A DNA stretch of 44,640 nucleotides, from contig JAEEKL010000256.1 of assembly GCA_016282395.1 (NCBI GenBank), positions 1 to 44,640 of the forward strand. The letters run 5' to 3'. The notes under the pieces were generated by a model that saw only the letters and a list, made by a program, of their open reading frames with translations, had not been told where the DNA came from and searched no databases. Positions 8,756-18,630 of this stretch are shown one piece after another (position 1 is the first letter of the stretch; the number at the start of each line of letters is the position of its first letter). The DNA comes from Bacteroidales bacterium. Lineage in GTDB: Bacteria; Bacteroidota; Bacteroidia; Bacteroidales; WCHB1-69. The translations under genes and the position numbers were made by a program.

Positions 8756-9415
8756 TCAGAAAAAAGAGACATCGTGGATTTCTACCAGCCTCATGAAATC
8801 CGATGAAGGTTGAAGCTGATAAACGTGGTTGTCATTTTGGAGAAAATAACGATTGTTATAATGAATCAGATAGACCTCGTTTGGATTCAACCCTTTGATT
8901 TTCAGCTTGCCATCCTCAAACTGATAGACGATTTTGTTTTGGAATGGAGTGCTCCAGAATTGTACCTCCATGAATTTCGGGGCGTTGGCAGCCGCCGAGA
9001 TGGCATTTCGATTCGCATCGAAATAGAGAATGGGCGCATCATATTTCGAAATCATCCTTTCCGAAGTGACATTTGCTTCCTCTTTCTTTCCATACGTCTG
9101 ATAATCCTCATCCTCCAGCATGAAATCCATAGAATTGTCCTGCACATACGCCGAGTCTGTCTGCAGGGAATCACTATCGGAATATGAGTCCTCGCCATCT
9201 ATAGCCGGTACATGTTGGTGTACAATATATTTATATATCGTATCCTTATCGGAAGGGGTCGCCGGTGCGGAAAGAACCTTCACCACCGATGAAGGGTTTG
9301 GGCGGAATTTGTTCACCACAACAAAAGCGACAAATATTCCAACCAGCAACCCGATAATAATACCGAGCAGCAGAATTAAACCTTTCTTCGTAGTCTGGTT
9401 GGATTGGTTCTCCAT
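8756..9415 (-). CDS. hypothetical single-pass membrane protein
   Basis: 219 aa with an N-terminal TM helix (LILLLGIIIGLLVGIFVAFVVV). I recognise no family. A -7 box lies 27 nt upstream. Confidence 0.55.
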   Translation of the reverse strand: MENQSNQTTKKGLILLLGIIIGLLVGIFVAFVVVNKFRPNPSSVVKVLSAPATPSDKDTIYKYIVHQHVPAIDGEDSYSDSDSLQTDSAYVQDNSMDFMLEDEDYQTYGKKEEANVTSERMISKYDAPILYFDANRNAISAAANAPKFMEVQFWSTPFQNKIVYQFEDGKLKIKGLNPNEVYLIHYNNRYFLQNDNHVYQLQPSSDFMRLVEIHDVSFF

Positions 9416-9441
9416 TTTTTTAAAACTGAAAAATAAGAGTG

Positions 9442-9449
9442 CAAAGATA
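9442..9449 (-). promoter_or_regulatory. putative -7 box TATCTTTG for the 8756-9415 gene
   Basis: + strand caaagata is TATCTTTG on the - strand. Confidence 0.45.
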
Positions 9450-9496
9450 CATTTTTTTTGTATTTTCGCAGCCGTTTCACCAAAAATGGAACATAA

Positions 9497-10432
9497 ATGA
9501 AAAAACGGTATATATTGTTTCTTTTTGTAGTCTGCCTGTTGATGCCTGCATGTCAGCGTGAAATTGATATGAAGCTGCCTGACTATGAGCCCAAGTTGGT
9601 GATTGAAGGGTCGATAGAGACAGGGGCACCCGCTATGGTCATGCTCTCGAAAAGCATCCCTTACTTTTCGGAAATCAATTTAGAGACTTTGATGGGCGAT
9701 GTTTTTATCACGGGCGACCAAGCTCGGGTATTCGTTACTTCAGAAACGGGTGAGACGGAAGAATTGGTCTGGCAGTTAAATCCGGAAGCCCCTTACTACA
9801 CGGCTTTTATGGGAAAATCGGTCATCGGGAAGGAACAGACGCACTATACCCTGACAGTGGAATACGATGGGCAGACCTATTCAGCCGAAACGTATATTCC
9901 GAAAATGTTTGACCTGGACTCCATCGGTTTCGACCAGTCATCGGATATGCTGGATGATACGATGGCCACCGTGCGCGTACTTATGACCGATGATCCGAGC
10001 GAAGTGAACTACTATGCCTTTTTCTGCAAGGTCCATTCCCCGAAATTGTATGACCGGCTTTGGGTTTGCAATATGCCTGTTGCTTTCGATGACCGTGTTT
10101 TCAATGGGATGACGTTCAACTACGAGGTGACCCGTTACGGATATTCGGTCATGATGCGAGATTTGCTACCCGAGGAGGAGCAGGAGAATTTCCGCCGGAT
10201 AACCTTCCGCCCCGGTGACACCGTTTATGTGAAACACACCCAAATAGACTACCATACGTATCTGTATCTGCTTTCCGCCGGCACCGAGGCCGCGTACGGC
10301 AGCAACCCGTTCACCAATCCGTTGCCTGCCGTGTCGAACTTTAACAGCGACCGGGTGCTGGGGCATTGGAGTGGCTATGCAGCAAAAACCGACACAATAG
10401 TGTGGTGGTTCGATTGGGATATTGAAAATTGA
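9497..10432 (+). CDS. DUF4249-like lipoprotein
   Basis: Lipoprotein signal MKKRYILFLFVVCLLMPAC. KLVIEGSIETG...VMLSKS resembles the DUF4249 N-terminal pattern from memory. Confidence 0.5.
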   Translation: MKKRYILFLFVVCLLMPACQREIDMKLPDYEPKLVIEGSIETGAPAMVMLSKSIPYFSEINLETLMGDVFITGDQARVFVTSETGETEELVWQLNPEAPYYTAFMGKSVIGKEQTHYTLTVEYDGQTYSAETYIPKMFDLDSIGFDQSSDMLDDTMATVRVLMTDDPSEVNYYAFFCKVHSPKLYDRLWVCNMPVAFDDRVFNGMTFNYEVTRYGYSVMMRDLLPEEEQENFRRITFRPGDTVYVKHTQIDYHTYLYLLSAGTEAAYGSNPFTNPLPAVSNFNSDRVLGHWSGYAAKTDTIVWWFDWDIEN

Positions 10433-10566
10433 TTGTTGAGAGCTTTTTCAAGGGCCCGTACTTGGCCTTTCCGCCACATTCGCTTTGTGGAAAGCATGTT
10501 CTTCGCATTGGCTTTCCTGCTGCATTTCCTGCGGGAAGAGGATATGAAATGGAATGAACTTGTTGT

Positions 10567-11937
10567 TTATAATCTCATCCACTCGTCGAAATCCTCTGCG
10601 CTCACGAGTTGCAGCTCCAGTGCCGCTTCGCGCAAGGTAAGGCCGTGCTCGTGCGCATGTTGTGCAATCTTCGCGGCGTTGTAATAACCGATATGCGGGT
10701 TTAGCTTCGTGACCAGCATCAGCGAGTTGTGAAGGTGCATGGAGATGCGTTCCAGATTGGGCTTTATCCCCTTGAGACAGTGGTCGTTGAAAGAGTTAAC
10801 AACGTCCGCCAGCAGTCGCGATGATTGCAGAAGGTTGCGGCCGATGAGCGGCATGAAGACGTTGAGCTGCAGGTGTCCCTGCATGGCACCGGTGGTGATG
10901 GCCACGTCGTTGCCGATGACTTGGCAGCAGACCTGCGACAAAGCCTCACATTGCGTGGGGTTCACCTTTCCGGGCATGATGGAGGAACCGGGTTCGTTGG
11001 CAGGCAGGATTACTTCGCCGATACCGCAGCGCGGACCCGAGTTGAGCAGCCGGAAATCGTTGGCAATCTTCATCAGCGAAACGGCTAACCGTTTGAACGC
11101 CCCCGACATCTCGCACAGCGAGTCGTGCGTGGCCATCGCCTCGAACTTGTTGGGGCAGTTGCTGAACTCGTAACCCGTGAATTCGTTGATGTATTTCAGG
11201 GCTATTTTGTCGTAGCCTTCGGGCGCGTTGATGCCGTTGCCCACGGCGGTGCCGCCGATGGGCAGTTCCATCAGGTGCTTGAGGCTCTGCTTAATGACCT
11301 CGTAGCTGTGCTCCAGCTGCGAGAGATGTCCCGAAAGTTCGTCGCCGAGGGTTAGCGGGGTGGCATCCATCAGGTGGGTGCGTCCGATTTTCTTGATGTC
11401 GGCGTATTCGGCGATTTTCTCGCTGTAGGTGCTCATCATGCGCTCTATTGCGGGTAGTGTGCGCGTGATGATGCTCTTGGCTGTGGCGATGCGCATTCCC
11501 GTTGGGAAAATATCGTTGGTCGATTGCGACTTGTTGACATCGTCGTTGGGAGAGAGGAACAGCGGGTAGTCGGTGAGTTGGCCGCCGCGGAGCTGTTGTG
11601 CGCGGTGGGCAATCACCTCGTTGACGTTCATGTTGGTCTGCGTCCCCGAGCCGGTTTGCCAAATGTGCAACGGGAATTGGTCGTCCCATTGTCCGGCGGT
11701 AATTTCGTCGCACACACGTACGATTAGGTCGCGTTTTTCTGCGGGCAGCACGCCACAGTCGTAGTTGGCGCAGGCCGCCGCTTTTTTTGCTGTTGCAATG
11801 CCGTATATGATTTCAACGGGCATGTGCTTCTTGCCGATTTCGAAGTTTTCCATCGCCCGTTGTGTTTGAGCGCCCCACAGCTTGTCGCTCTCGACTCGCA
11901 TTTCTCCTAATGTGTCTTTTTCGATTCTGTATTCCAT
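10567..11937 (-). CDS. fumC: class II fumarate hydratase
   Basis: 456 aa with the fumarate-lyase signature GSSIMPGKVNPTQCE. The full length is FumC-like. Confidence 0.96.
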   Translation of the reverse strand: MEYRIEKDTLGEMRVESDKLWGAQTQRAMENFEIGKKHMPVEIIYGIATAKKAAACANYDCGVLPAEKRDLIVRVCDEITAGQWDDQFPLHIWQTGSGTQTNMNVNEVIAHRAQQLRGGQLTDYPLFLSPNDDVNKSQSTNDIFPTGMRIATAKSIITRTLPAIERMMSTYSEKIAEYADIKKIGRTHLMDATPLTLGDELSGHLSQLEHSYEVIKQSLKHLMELPIGGTAVGNGINAPEGYDKIALKYINEFTGYEFSNCPNKFEAMATHDSLCEMSGAFKRLAVSLMKIANDFRLLNSGPRCGIGEVILPANEPGSSIMPGKVNPTQCEALSQVCCQVIGNDVAITTGAMQGHLQLNVFMPLIGRNLLQSSRLLADVVNSFNDHCLKGIKPNLERISMHLHNSLMLVTKLNPHIGYYNAAKIAQHAHEHGLTLREAALELQLVSAEDFDEWMRL

Positions 11938-11943
11938 TTTTAA

Positions 11944-11978
11944 AGGTTATGGGTTATGGGTTATGGGTTATTGAGGTT
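11944..11978. repeat. GGTTATK heptad element (AGGTTAT GGGTTAT GGGTTAT GGGTTAT TGAGGTT)
   Basis: Read directly from the sequence; begins 6 nt from the fumC start codon. Confidence 0.85.
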
Positions 11979-12135
11979 TTGGATTCGTTAGTTTTGTGTT
12001 GAATCCGTTGTAACTATACAATCTACATAGGGGGATGTCGTATGTTCTTCTTTTTTTGTGGAGACAGTGTACCCCGTTTTTACGATATATGGTTTTATTC
12101 CTTCATCTTATCTTTTTTTTATCGTCAGTCATCGC

Positions 12136-14040
12136 CTAATCGTAGAACTTCCAATTCACCCCGACCTCGAAGTTCCTGCCTTGCATTGGATAGCCCGGGG
12201 TGGTGATGTAGCGGAAGCTCAGGAGACCGGCGATGAGATTGCCGCCGCGTACGAAGAATGAAATCCGCTTCACGCGAAGGGCGAGGTGCGCATTGACATA
12301 CAGGTAGTTGCCGGTGATGATATACTGTTGTGCGTAGAACTGGTGCAGGAGGGGGTCGTAGCCGTCAGCATAGTATTTCGTGTTGTAGAACAAGTCAACA
12401 CCGACTTGGAAATGCAGTCGTTTCTTGAAGATGCGGGTGGTGTAGAGCGCCCCCAATTTTCCGGCAAACAGAGGAACAGCAATGACCTTGTTTGTGGCGT
12501 GTTGCAGCGCGAGTTGTGCGTCCAGACAGAAAAATTTCGTGCGTACAGGCGCGTAAAGCATCAGTTGGATTACCTGGAAAGGCTTCTCTAACTGGATGGG
12601 GTCGAAGTTGTTGTCAAGATAAAGATAACGTCCGGCATTGATAAAGTTGAAAGAGGCCTTATAGTTCAAAAGCGTCCAATAGACACTTGCCTTGAAGAAA
12701 TTCTGTTTTTTCCATTCGTAATCCCAAAGGTTGTTGTTCCCGAGGTAGTTGCTGAAGATGTAGTCGGGCGAGCGACGGCTGAAAGTGGCCTCAAGCCCGA
12801 TGAAATGCTGTTGCTTTTTGTTGATGGTGAACCGGAATCCGGCTCGTGCCAAGGCATCGTTTTGGGTGTATTTGAGCAGGTTGTAGGAGATGAGGCCATA
12901 GATTTCCCAGACGTTAAACAACCGGATGGAGGTGCGGGCGAACAAGCAGAGGCTGTTGTCCTGCATCTTCGGGCTAATGGCGTTCACATACTCGTGTCGC
13001 AGACCGCCGGCAATCCTGAAGAAATAGTGCTGATCGCCGATGGTGTCGGTCGGACTGAAGTTGGACAGCTGCAGGGTGTTGGCGATGGAGTATAACTGGA
13101 CGGAGTCGTTGGTGGTGTCGGTGTTTATGAAGTAGCGGTTTCGATAAAACGTGTTGTTCAGGTTGTAATCGGAGAAATGGATGGAGTGATGGTTGAAATC
13201 GAAGGTGTGGCTGATTGTTCCGAAATAACGTCCTTTTTTGTCTTTGACATTGTAATAGTTCGTGATTTGGAACGCGTGTGTGTTAATCAGGGACTGGCCG
13301 TTGCTGAACATCACGGGGAAGCTGGTCAGGTCGTAGGTGATGGTTGAGTCGTGCCTCGGGTCGCGCTCGGTGAAGTCGGGGCTGTACTCCAAACCGCCGT
13401 TTTCGGAGAGTTTGGCGTGGTTGTATATGTATGCCAATAGGAAGCCATAGTCTTTTTTAGGTGTCTCATATCGGAGCGTGGCGTCAAGTGTCAGCCGGTT
13501 AACCTCCTGGTGAATGAAATAGCCTTTGTCGCTTGCCGCGTCCAAGTTGACGGCGAAATTGACCTGCCGGATGCGTTGGGCATGGGTCGCATTAATCGCA
13601 AAACCTGTCAGAAAAGTGTATGTGAAAAACAAATTGGTGTAGGATGGGTTGACATTGTAGAGTTTCAGGTCGTTCGTCTTCTTGAAATACAGTGGATAGG
13701 GTAGGGTAATCATGGAGAATCCCGTCGGTTCTTGGATGTCGAAAATCATGGATTTGTGAGCTTGGCCATTAATGCCGAGTGATTGGTAGAGGTTCTCTAT
13801 CCGACATAGCGGGTCGTATTCCGCGATATGGAAGAGAGAGGTGTCGATGGTGTTGTAGCGTAATGGGAGGAACTGCAGGGCTGGCCATGGTGCGTGGCGG
13901 GTGGGCATGTAGTCAGGAGAGATGGCCAAGGCAGAGTCTATTTTGGGGCGGCCCTCCTGCTGCTCTTGTGCGCAAGCTGTTGTGTTTCCAAAAAGGAAAA
14001 TCCACAACAATAATATGTATATTACAGGTTTACAGTTCAT
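12136..14040 (-). CDS. outer-membrane beta-barrel protein (putative porin family)
   Basis: Signal peptide MNCKPVIYILLLWIFLFGNTTACA, followed by a long Tyr/Asn/Phe-rich sequence of alternating strands. The start is set at the ATG at 14040 because a TACATTTG -7 box (14073-14080) lies inside the longer track ORF. Confidence 0.5.
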   Translation of the reverse strand: MNCKPVIYILLLWIFLFGNTTACAQEQQEGRPKIDSALAISPDYMPTRHAPWPALQFLPLRYNTIDTSLFHIAEYDPLCRIENLYQSLGINGQAHKSMIFDIQEPTGFSMITLPYPLYFKKTNDLKLYNVNPSYTNLFFTYTFLTGFAINATHAQRIRQVNFAVNLDAASDKGYFIHQEVNRLTLDATLRYETPKKDYGFLLAYIYNHAKLSENGGLEYSPDFTERDPRHDSTITYDLTSFPVMFSNGQSLINTHAFQITNYYNVKDKKGRYFGTISHTFDFNHHSIHFSDYNLNNTFYRNRYFINTDTTNDSVQLYSIANTLQLSNFSPTDTIGDQHYFFRIAGGLRHEYVNAISPKMQDNSLCLFARTSIRLFNVWEIYGLISYNLLKYTQNDALARAGFRFTINKKQQHFIGLEATFSRRSPDYIFSNYLGNNNLWDYEWKKQNFFKASVYWTLLNYKASFNFINAGRYLYLDNNFDPIQLEKPFQVIQLMLYAPVRTKFFCLDAQLALQHATNKVIAVPLFAGKLGALYTTRIFKKRLHFQVGVDLFYNTKYYADGYDPLLHQFYAQQYIITGNYLYVNAHLALRVKRISFFVRGGNLIAGLLSFRYITTPGYPMQGRNFEVGVNWKFYD

Positions 14041-14072
14041 TATAAAAGAAGGTGAGCTCTTTTTTCGTGTCG

Positions 14073-14080
14073 CAAATGTA
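14073..14080 (-). promoter_or_regulatory. putative -7 box TACATTTG for the porin-like gene
   Basis: + strand caaatgta; 33 nt upstream of the ATG at 14040. Confidence 0.45.
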
Positions 14081-14175
14081 CATAAATTACAAATATGCAT
14101 GGGCAAATGTTTTTCCTTGTAGAAACGTGCTGACGGTGCATCTCCCTGTTTTTAATATATATATCGGACAAGTTG

Positions 14176-15039
14176 TTACCCGAACATTTCCCACAATGTC
14201 AACATCTTATACACTAACGTGGCGGCCATGACATCGGAAACTTTGCTATCGGTCTGCGGGCACAGCTCTACCACGTCAAAACCTACCACATTTTTGTTGC
14301 GGAATACTTTTTCGAGGAATTGCAGGGTTGGGTACCATTGCAGACCGCCGGGTAGTGGGGTTCCTGTTGCGGGCAGAATCGCAGGGTCAAAGCCGTCGAG
14401 ATCCACGGTGATATAGACATTGTCTGTGAGCCGGTTCACGGCCTTGTCCATCCAGTCTTCCCGGTTGTGGATGACATGGGCGTAGAAGATGTTTTCGGGT
14501 ACCACGCTGGGCAGTTCTTCGGTGCAGACATTGCGGATGCCAATCTGCACCACTCGGGCATGTTCTTGTGCGCGGCGCATGACGCAAGCATGGTTGTAGA
14601 TGGAGTCGTGGTAGCTGTCGCGAAGGTCTGCATGTGCGTCAATCTGCAAAACGGACATGTTGTCGTGACTTTCCGCCATGGCTTGGATGGCACCCACCGA
14701 CACGGAATGTTCCCCGCCCAACAGGATGATACGTTTCCCCATGTCCATGAAGTGTCTCATCCTGTCATACACAGACTTCACCATCGTGTCAGGAGATTTA
14801 AGGTTATACTCGTGATGATCTGTGTAAACCCCTGATACTGATGCATCATACTGGTATTGTATATCGTATAGTTCGAGACTGTCGGAGGCATCCAGAATGG
14901 CTTGGGGACCTTTATCGGCGCCTTTCACAAAGGTGCTGGTGCCGTCGTAGGGCACGCCCAAGATTACATAGCGGGCATTTTCCAATTTGTATAGCCGTTC
15001 GTCGTCCATGTCCAAAAAGTGGATCATTTTTTTTATCAT
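14176..15039 (-). CDS. speB: agmatinase (arginase/ureohydrolase family)
   Basis: Mn-ligand motifs LGGEHSVS, IDAHADLRD and VDLDGFDP. Size is 287 aa. Confidence 0.85.
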   Translation of the reverse strand: MIKKMIHFLDMDDERLYKLENARYVILGVPYDGTSTFVKGADKGPQAILDASDSLELYDIQYQYDASVSGVYTDHHEYNLKSPDTMVKSVYDRMRHFMDMGKRIILLGGEHSVSVGAIQAMAESHDNMSVLQIDAHADLRDSYHDSIYNHACVMRRAQEHARVVQIGIRNVCTEELPSVVPENIFYAHVIHNREDWMDKAVNRLTDNVYITVDLDGFDPAILPATGTPLPGGLQWYPTLQFLEKVFRNKNVVGFDVVELCPQTDSKVSDVMAATLVYKMLTLWEMFG

Positions 15040-15107
15040 AACATGTTGAATTTCCGATGGATAGCATTTTTATACGCCGTTATTGAAAAGGATGGCGTTT
15101 GAGGTTG

Positions 15108-15115
15108 CAAAAATA
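15108..15115 (-). promoter_or_regulatory. putative -7 box TATTTTTG for speB
   Basis: + strand caaaaata; about 70 nt upstream of the ATG at 15039. Confidence 0.35.
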
Positions 15116-15181
15116 ATAATTACATTAAAAGAATTCTGTAGTAAATAAAATTATTTGGATAAAAAGGTACGAAGAAAAATG

Positions 15182-15189
15182 TATCTTTG
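15182..15189 (+). promoter_or_regulatory. putative -7 box TATCTTTG for the C25 protease gene
   Basis: Exact TAnnTTTG match 40 nt upstream of the ATG at 15229. Confidence 0.5.
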
Positions 15190-15228
15190 CGACCTTAAAT
15201 TTTTGAGTAAAAACTGTTAATAAACATT

Positions 15229-18200
15229 ATGAAAAAAATTTTGTTATGGATGGTCTTTTTGGCCATTTGTCCGCTTGTTTGGGCACAAAGTTTCCAGATT
15301 TCACAGAATTCGTATCAGAAAGTGTCTGTTTCTTTTACCCCAGGAACACTTTCCGTTGAAAACACTTCAGTACCGGAAGGTGACTTCACGATGATTTCCT
15401 TGCCGGATTACGGTTCCTCGTATGTTCCCGGCGCCCCTCAGCTCCCGCAGCTGTGCAAACTGTTGCAGATTCCTGTATGTGACTCGGTGGTCGCCACAGT
15501 GGTCAATGCACAGTATCACGACTTTGATGCCGCAGAATTAGGCGTTTCAAACCCCGTGTTCCCGACTCAAATCTCCGCTGCGAAAAACGGTAGCGTGCCC
15601 CCGTTCGCTTACGACCAGACCGTTTACAGCACAGATGCGTTCTATGCGCTGCCGTTGGTGCGTGTGGAGAAGGCTGGTGTGAAGCGTGATGTGGCTCTTG
15701 CCAATATCTATGTGTCACCGGTGCAATACAACCCCGTCACCCAAAAGTTCAGGATTTACACCCGTGTTGATGTGGAATTCTCATTCGTGAACGTGGATAT
15801 GGCTGCCACAACGGCGTTGAAGAAATTTTCCTCCCCGATGTTCTCTTTGAACCAGGATATAGTCATCAACAAGATGCAGACAGATCGTTCGGAGTTTCAG
15901 GGTACGCCGATTAAGTATCTGATTATTGGTAACCCTATGTTCGAATCCAACGAAAATCTGGCAGAGTTTGTGGCATGGAAGCGCCGCCTTGGCTATCTCG
16001 TGGAGGTGGCTTTCACCAGCGATGCCAATGTGGGTACGACCACTACGTCGATCAAGAGTTTCATCCAGAATAAATATGACAATGCCACTGCCGAGGATCC
16101 CGCCCCCACGTTCATCCTTTTCCTTGGTGACCGTGAGCAGCTTCCTGCTTTCACAGGACAGTCCGATAATTCACATATTACAGACCTTTACTACGCCACC
16201 CTCTCGGGTAACGACTTTTTTCCGGATTGTTACTACGGCCGTCTTTCAGCCACCAACAACCAGCAGCTCTCCAACCAGATCGAGAAAATTCTGATGTACG
16301 AGCAGTATTCTATGCCGGATCCTTCTTATCTCGGCAACGCCGTGTTGATAGCGGGTACGGATTCGTATTGGTCTCCTAACTATGCAAATGGTCAGGTGAA
16401 CTACATTAACAGCAACTATATCAACATAGACAACCCTCGTTATACCAATGTAATGAAACATCTGTACAACTGTTCTTCGCAGGCCGCACAGATTCGTTCC
16501 GAGGTGAGCGCAGGTTCTGGCTGGACCAACTATACGGCTCATGGCAGTGAGACCAGTTGGGCCGATCCGGAGTTCACCGTGTCACAAGTGTATCAGTTGC
16601 AGAACACCGACAAATATGGCCTGATGATTGGCAACTGCTGCCAGTCCGGTAATTTCAAAACGTCCGAGTGCTTTGGCGAGGCCTTGTTACGGGCTGAGAA
16701 AAAAGGCGCTATGGGTTACATAGGTGCCACAAACAATACCTTGTGGTACGAGGACTTCTATTGGGCTGTCGGTTACCGCAGCAATGTCACGGCAAATCCC
16801 ACTTATATGGCGAATTCGCTGGGTATGTATGATAAACTGTTCCACACACATAATGAGGATCACAGCGTATGGGCGTCCACCATCGGCGGTATCATAACAG
16901 GTGGTAATATGGCCGTACAATCTTCTTCGTCCGATGAAAAGCAATATTATTGGGAGATTTACCACTGTTTCGGAGATCCCTCTGTCCGCGCCTATTTGGG
17001 AGTGCCCTCCACCATGCTGGTGGAAGCCAGTTCTGTAATTACTAACAACAGCACTAATTATGTGGTACATGCGGCCCCGTACGCATACGTGGCACTTACG
17101 AACAACTCGAATCCGGTGTTCTCGGCTTTTGCTGACGCTTCCGGTGAGGTGACTTTCAATATCACATCTTCTCTTGATCCCGGTGAATATGAACTTGTGG
17201 CTTTGGGTCAGAACTATATTCCTTATTTCCAAAATGTCATGGTGATTGCGCCAAATGGTCCATACGTGATTCCCGCTACCGTTGAAGTAGCTGAAAATAC
17301 TGTGTTCAACGAAGGCGCCACTGTTCGTATGAATCTCTCACTCTCCAATGTGGGTATTTCCGATGCCACTCAGGTCTATGCTACGCTCACCCCTGAAAGC
17401 GCGGTGACCATGCTTCAAGATTCTGTTTTTGTGGGAAACATGACTGCGAACGCCACGGAGAACCGCAACAATGCTTTCTCTTTCGTGATGCCCGCATCCG
17501 AGGATTTTGCGGTTCTTCCCTTTACCCTTTCCATCCACTGGTATGACACTGTCGTTTCCCGTAATGTGAATGTACGGGTGAAACTGCCGAAGGTTACGAT
17601 GGATGAATACACCACCTCTGTCAACCATGTTCAGGTACAGAACTATTCATCAGGTGATATGGTGGTATTCAGTTTCAAAAACAAGAATAAAGGTCATGTA
17701 GCGGTTGAGTCCGGCTCCGTTGACTTGACCTGCAACTATTCGGGTGTGAATGTGATGACTGATCTGTCCTCTATTAGCGGACTTGCCCCCAACGAAGTTT
17801 CAGCGGTCTCTTTCCATGTGCAGATTGCAGATAGCGTGCCCGCCAAATCCTTAATCCCGTTGTATTACCACATTTTCTACGACAATATTCATTTCATAGA
17901 CACTTTGTTGATTATGGTCGGTGATGATTTTGATGGTTTTGAGAGCAACAGCTTCACCCAGTACAACTGGACAATGAACAATAACCCATGGGTGATAATT
18001 TCTAACGGTGCCTATTCTGGCAATTATTGCGCCCGTTCAGCACAAAACCTGTCGAACAATGCCAAGTCCCAAATGTCCATTTCTGTTTCCATCCCTTCAG
18101 AAGCACCGTTAACTTACTATCGGAAGGTGAGCTCTGAGGCGAACTATGACAAGTTTTTCTTATATCTGGATGATTCTCCTGTGGATGAAGCTGACGGCAA

Positions 18201-18630
18201 TGTGTCGTGGACCATTTTCACCACGATGATACCTGCTGGTACGCATACGCTGAAATTCTCTTACGAGAAAGACGGCTCCCAGTCTTCCGGCAGCGACTGC
18301 GTTTGGATTGATAATGTGAGCCTGCCCTGCATTGGCGTTATGGTGATAGAGGACTTCACAGACACCACCGAAGTGGGACTGGAGGATTATGAACTGGCTC
18401 GCGCTACGGTTTATCCGAATCCGACCAGCGAATGGGTCAACATTGAAAGCGAAACCCCTGCACAGAAGATCGTCCTCTATGATTTCAACGGTCGAGTGGT
18501 GAAGGCAGTGAATCTTGTCGCCACCAACCGCTATCAGTTGAATATGAATGATGTTCCTGCTGGTTTCTACCTGCTTCAGATTACGTTTGACAACCAGCGA
18601 ACCCAGAACCTTAAGATTATCAAGAGATAA
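15229..18630 (+). CDS. peptidase C25 (gingipain-family, Kgp-like catalytic core) with T9SS C-terminal sorting domain
   Basis: Signal peptide followed by a gingipain-type propeptide. Catalytic His context YTAHGSETSWADP and catalytic Cys context LMIGNCCQSGNF follow Kgp as I recall it. A beta-sandwich (MAM / choice-of-anchor-like) domain follows. The C-terminal VYPNPTSEWVNIES...VLYDFNGRVV...PAGFYLLQITF...LKIIKR is a type A T9SS CTD. Confidence 0.88.
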   Translation: MKKILLWMVFLAICPLVWAQSFQISQNSYQKVSVSFTPGTLSVENTSVPEGDFTMISLPDYGSSYVPGAPQLPQLCKLLQIPVCDSVVATVVNAQYHDFDAAELGVSNPVFPTQISAAKNGSVPPFAYDQTVYSTDAFYALPLVRVEKAGVKRDVALANIYVSPVQYNPVTQKFRIYTRVDVEFSFVNVDMAATTALKKFSSPMFSLNQDIVINKMQTDRSEFQGTPIKYLIIGNPMFESNENLAEFVAWKRRLGYLVEVAFTSDANVGTTTTSIKSFIQNKYDNATAEDPAPTFILFLGDREQLPAFTGQSDNSHITDLYYATLSGNDFFPDCYYGRLSATNNQQLSNQIEKILMYEQYSMPDPSYLGNAVLIAGTDSYWSPNYANGQVNYINSNYINIDNPRYTNVMKHLYNCSSQAAQIRSEVSAGSGWTNYTAHGSETSWADPEFTVSQVYQLQNTDKYGLMIGNCCQSGNFKTSECFGEALLRAEKKGAMGYIGATNNTLWYEDFYWAVGYRSNVTANPTYMANSLGMYDKLFHTHNEDHSVWASTIGGIITGGNMAVQSSSSDEKQYYWEIYHCFGDPSVRAYLGVPSTMLVEASSVITNNSTNYVVHAAPYAYVALTNNSNPVFSAFADASGEVTFNITSSLDPGEYELVALGQNYIPYFQNVMVIAPNGPYVIPATVEVAENTVFNEGATVRMNLSLSNVGISDATQVYATLTPESAVTMLQDSVFVGNMTANATENRNNAFSFVMPASEDFAVLPFTLSIHWYDTVVSRNVNVRVKLPKVTMDEYTTSVNHVQVQNYSSGDMVVFSFKNKNKGHVAVESGSVDLTCNYSGVNVMTDLSSISGLAPNEVSAVSFHVQIADSVPAKSLIPLYYHIFYDNIHFIDTLLIMVGDDFDGFESNSFTQYNWTMNNNPWVIISNGAYSGNYCARSAQNLSNNAKSQMSISVSIPSEAPLTYYRKVSSEANYDKFFLYLDDSPVDEADGNVSWTIFTTMIPAGTHTLKFSYEKDGSQSSGSDCVWIDNVSLPCIGVMVIEDFTDTTEVGLEDYELARATVYPNPTSEWVNIESETPAQKIVLYDFNGRVVKAVNLVATNRYQLNMNDVPAGFYLLQITFDNQRTQNLKIIKR

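Noticed and set aside
10433-10566. Possible terminator hairpins in the convergent DUF4249 / fumC spacer, and the 83-aa ORF 10433..10684
   Set aside because: Only short, bulged stems could be drawn by eye (CTTTCC..CCACA / TGTGGAAAG). The ORF overlaps the fumC 3' end and has no features. This is not strong enough to annotate.
15939-15948. GTTCGAATCC, a tRNA T-arm-like string
   Set aside because: It lies inside the C25 protease coding frame. No acceptor, D-arm or anticodon-arm pairing is visible around it.
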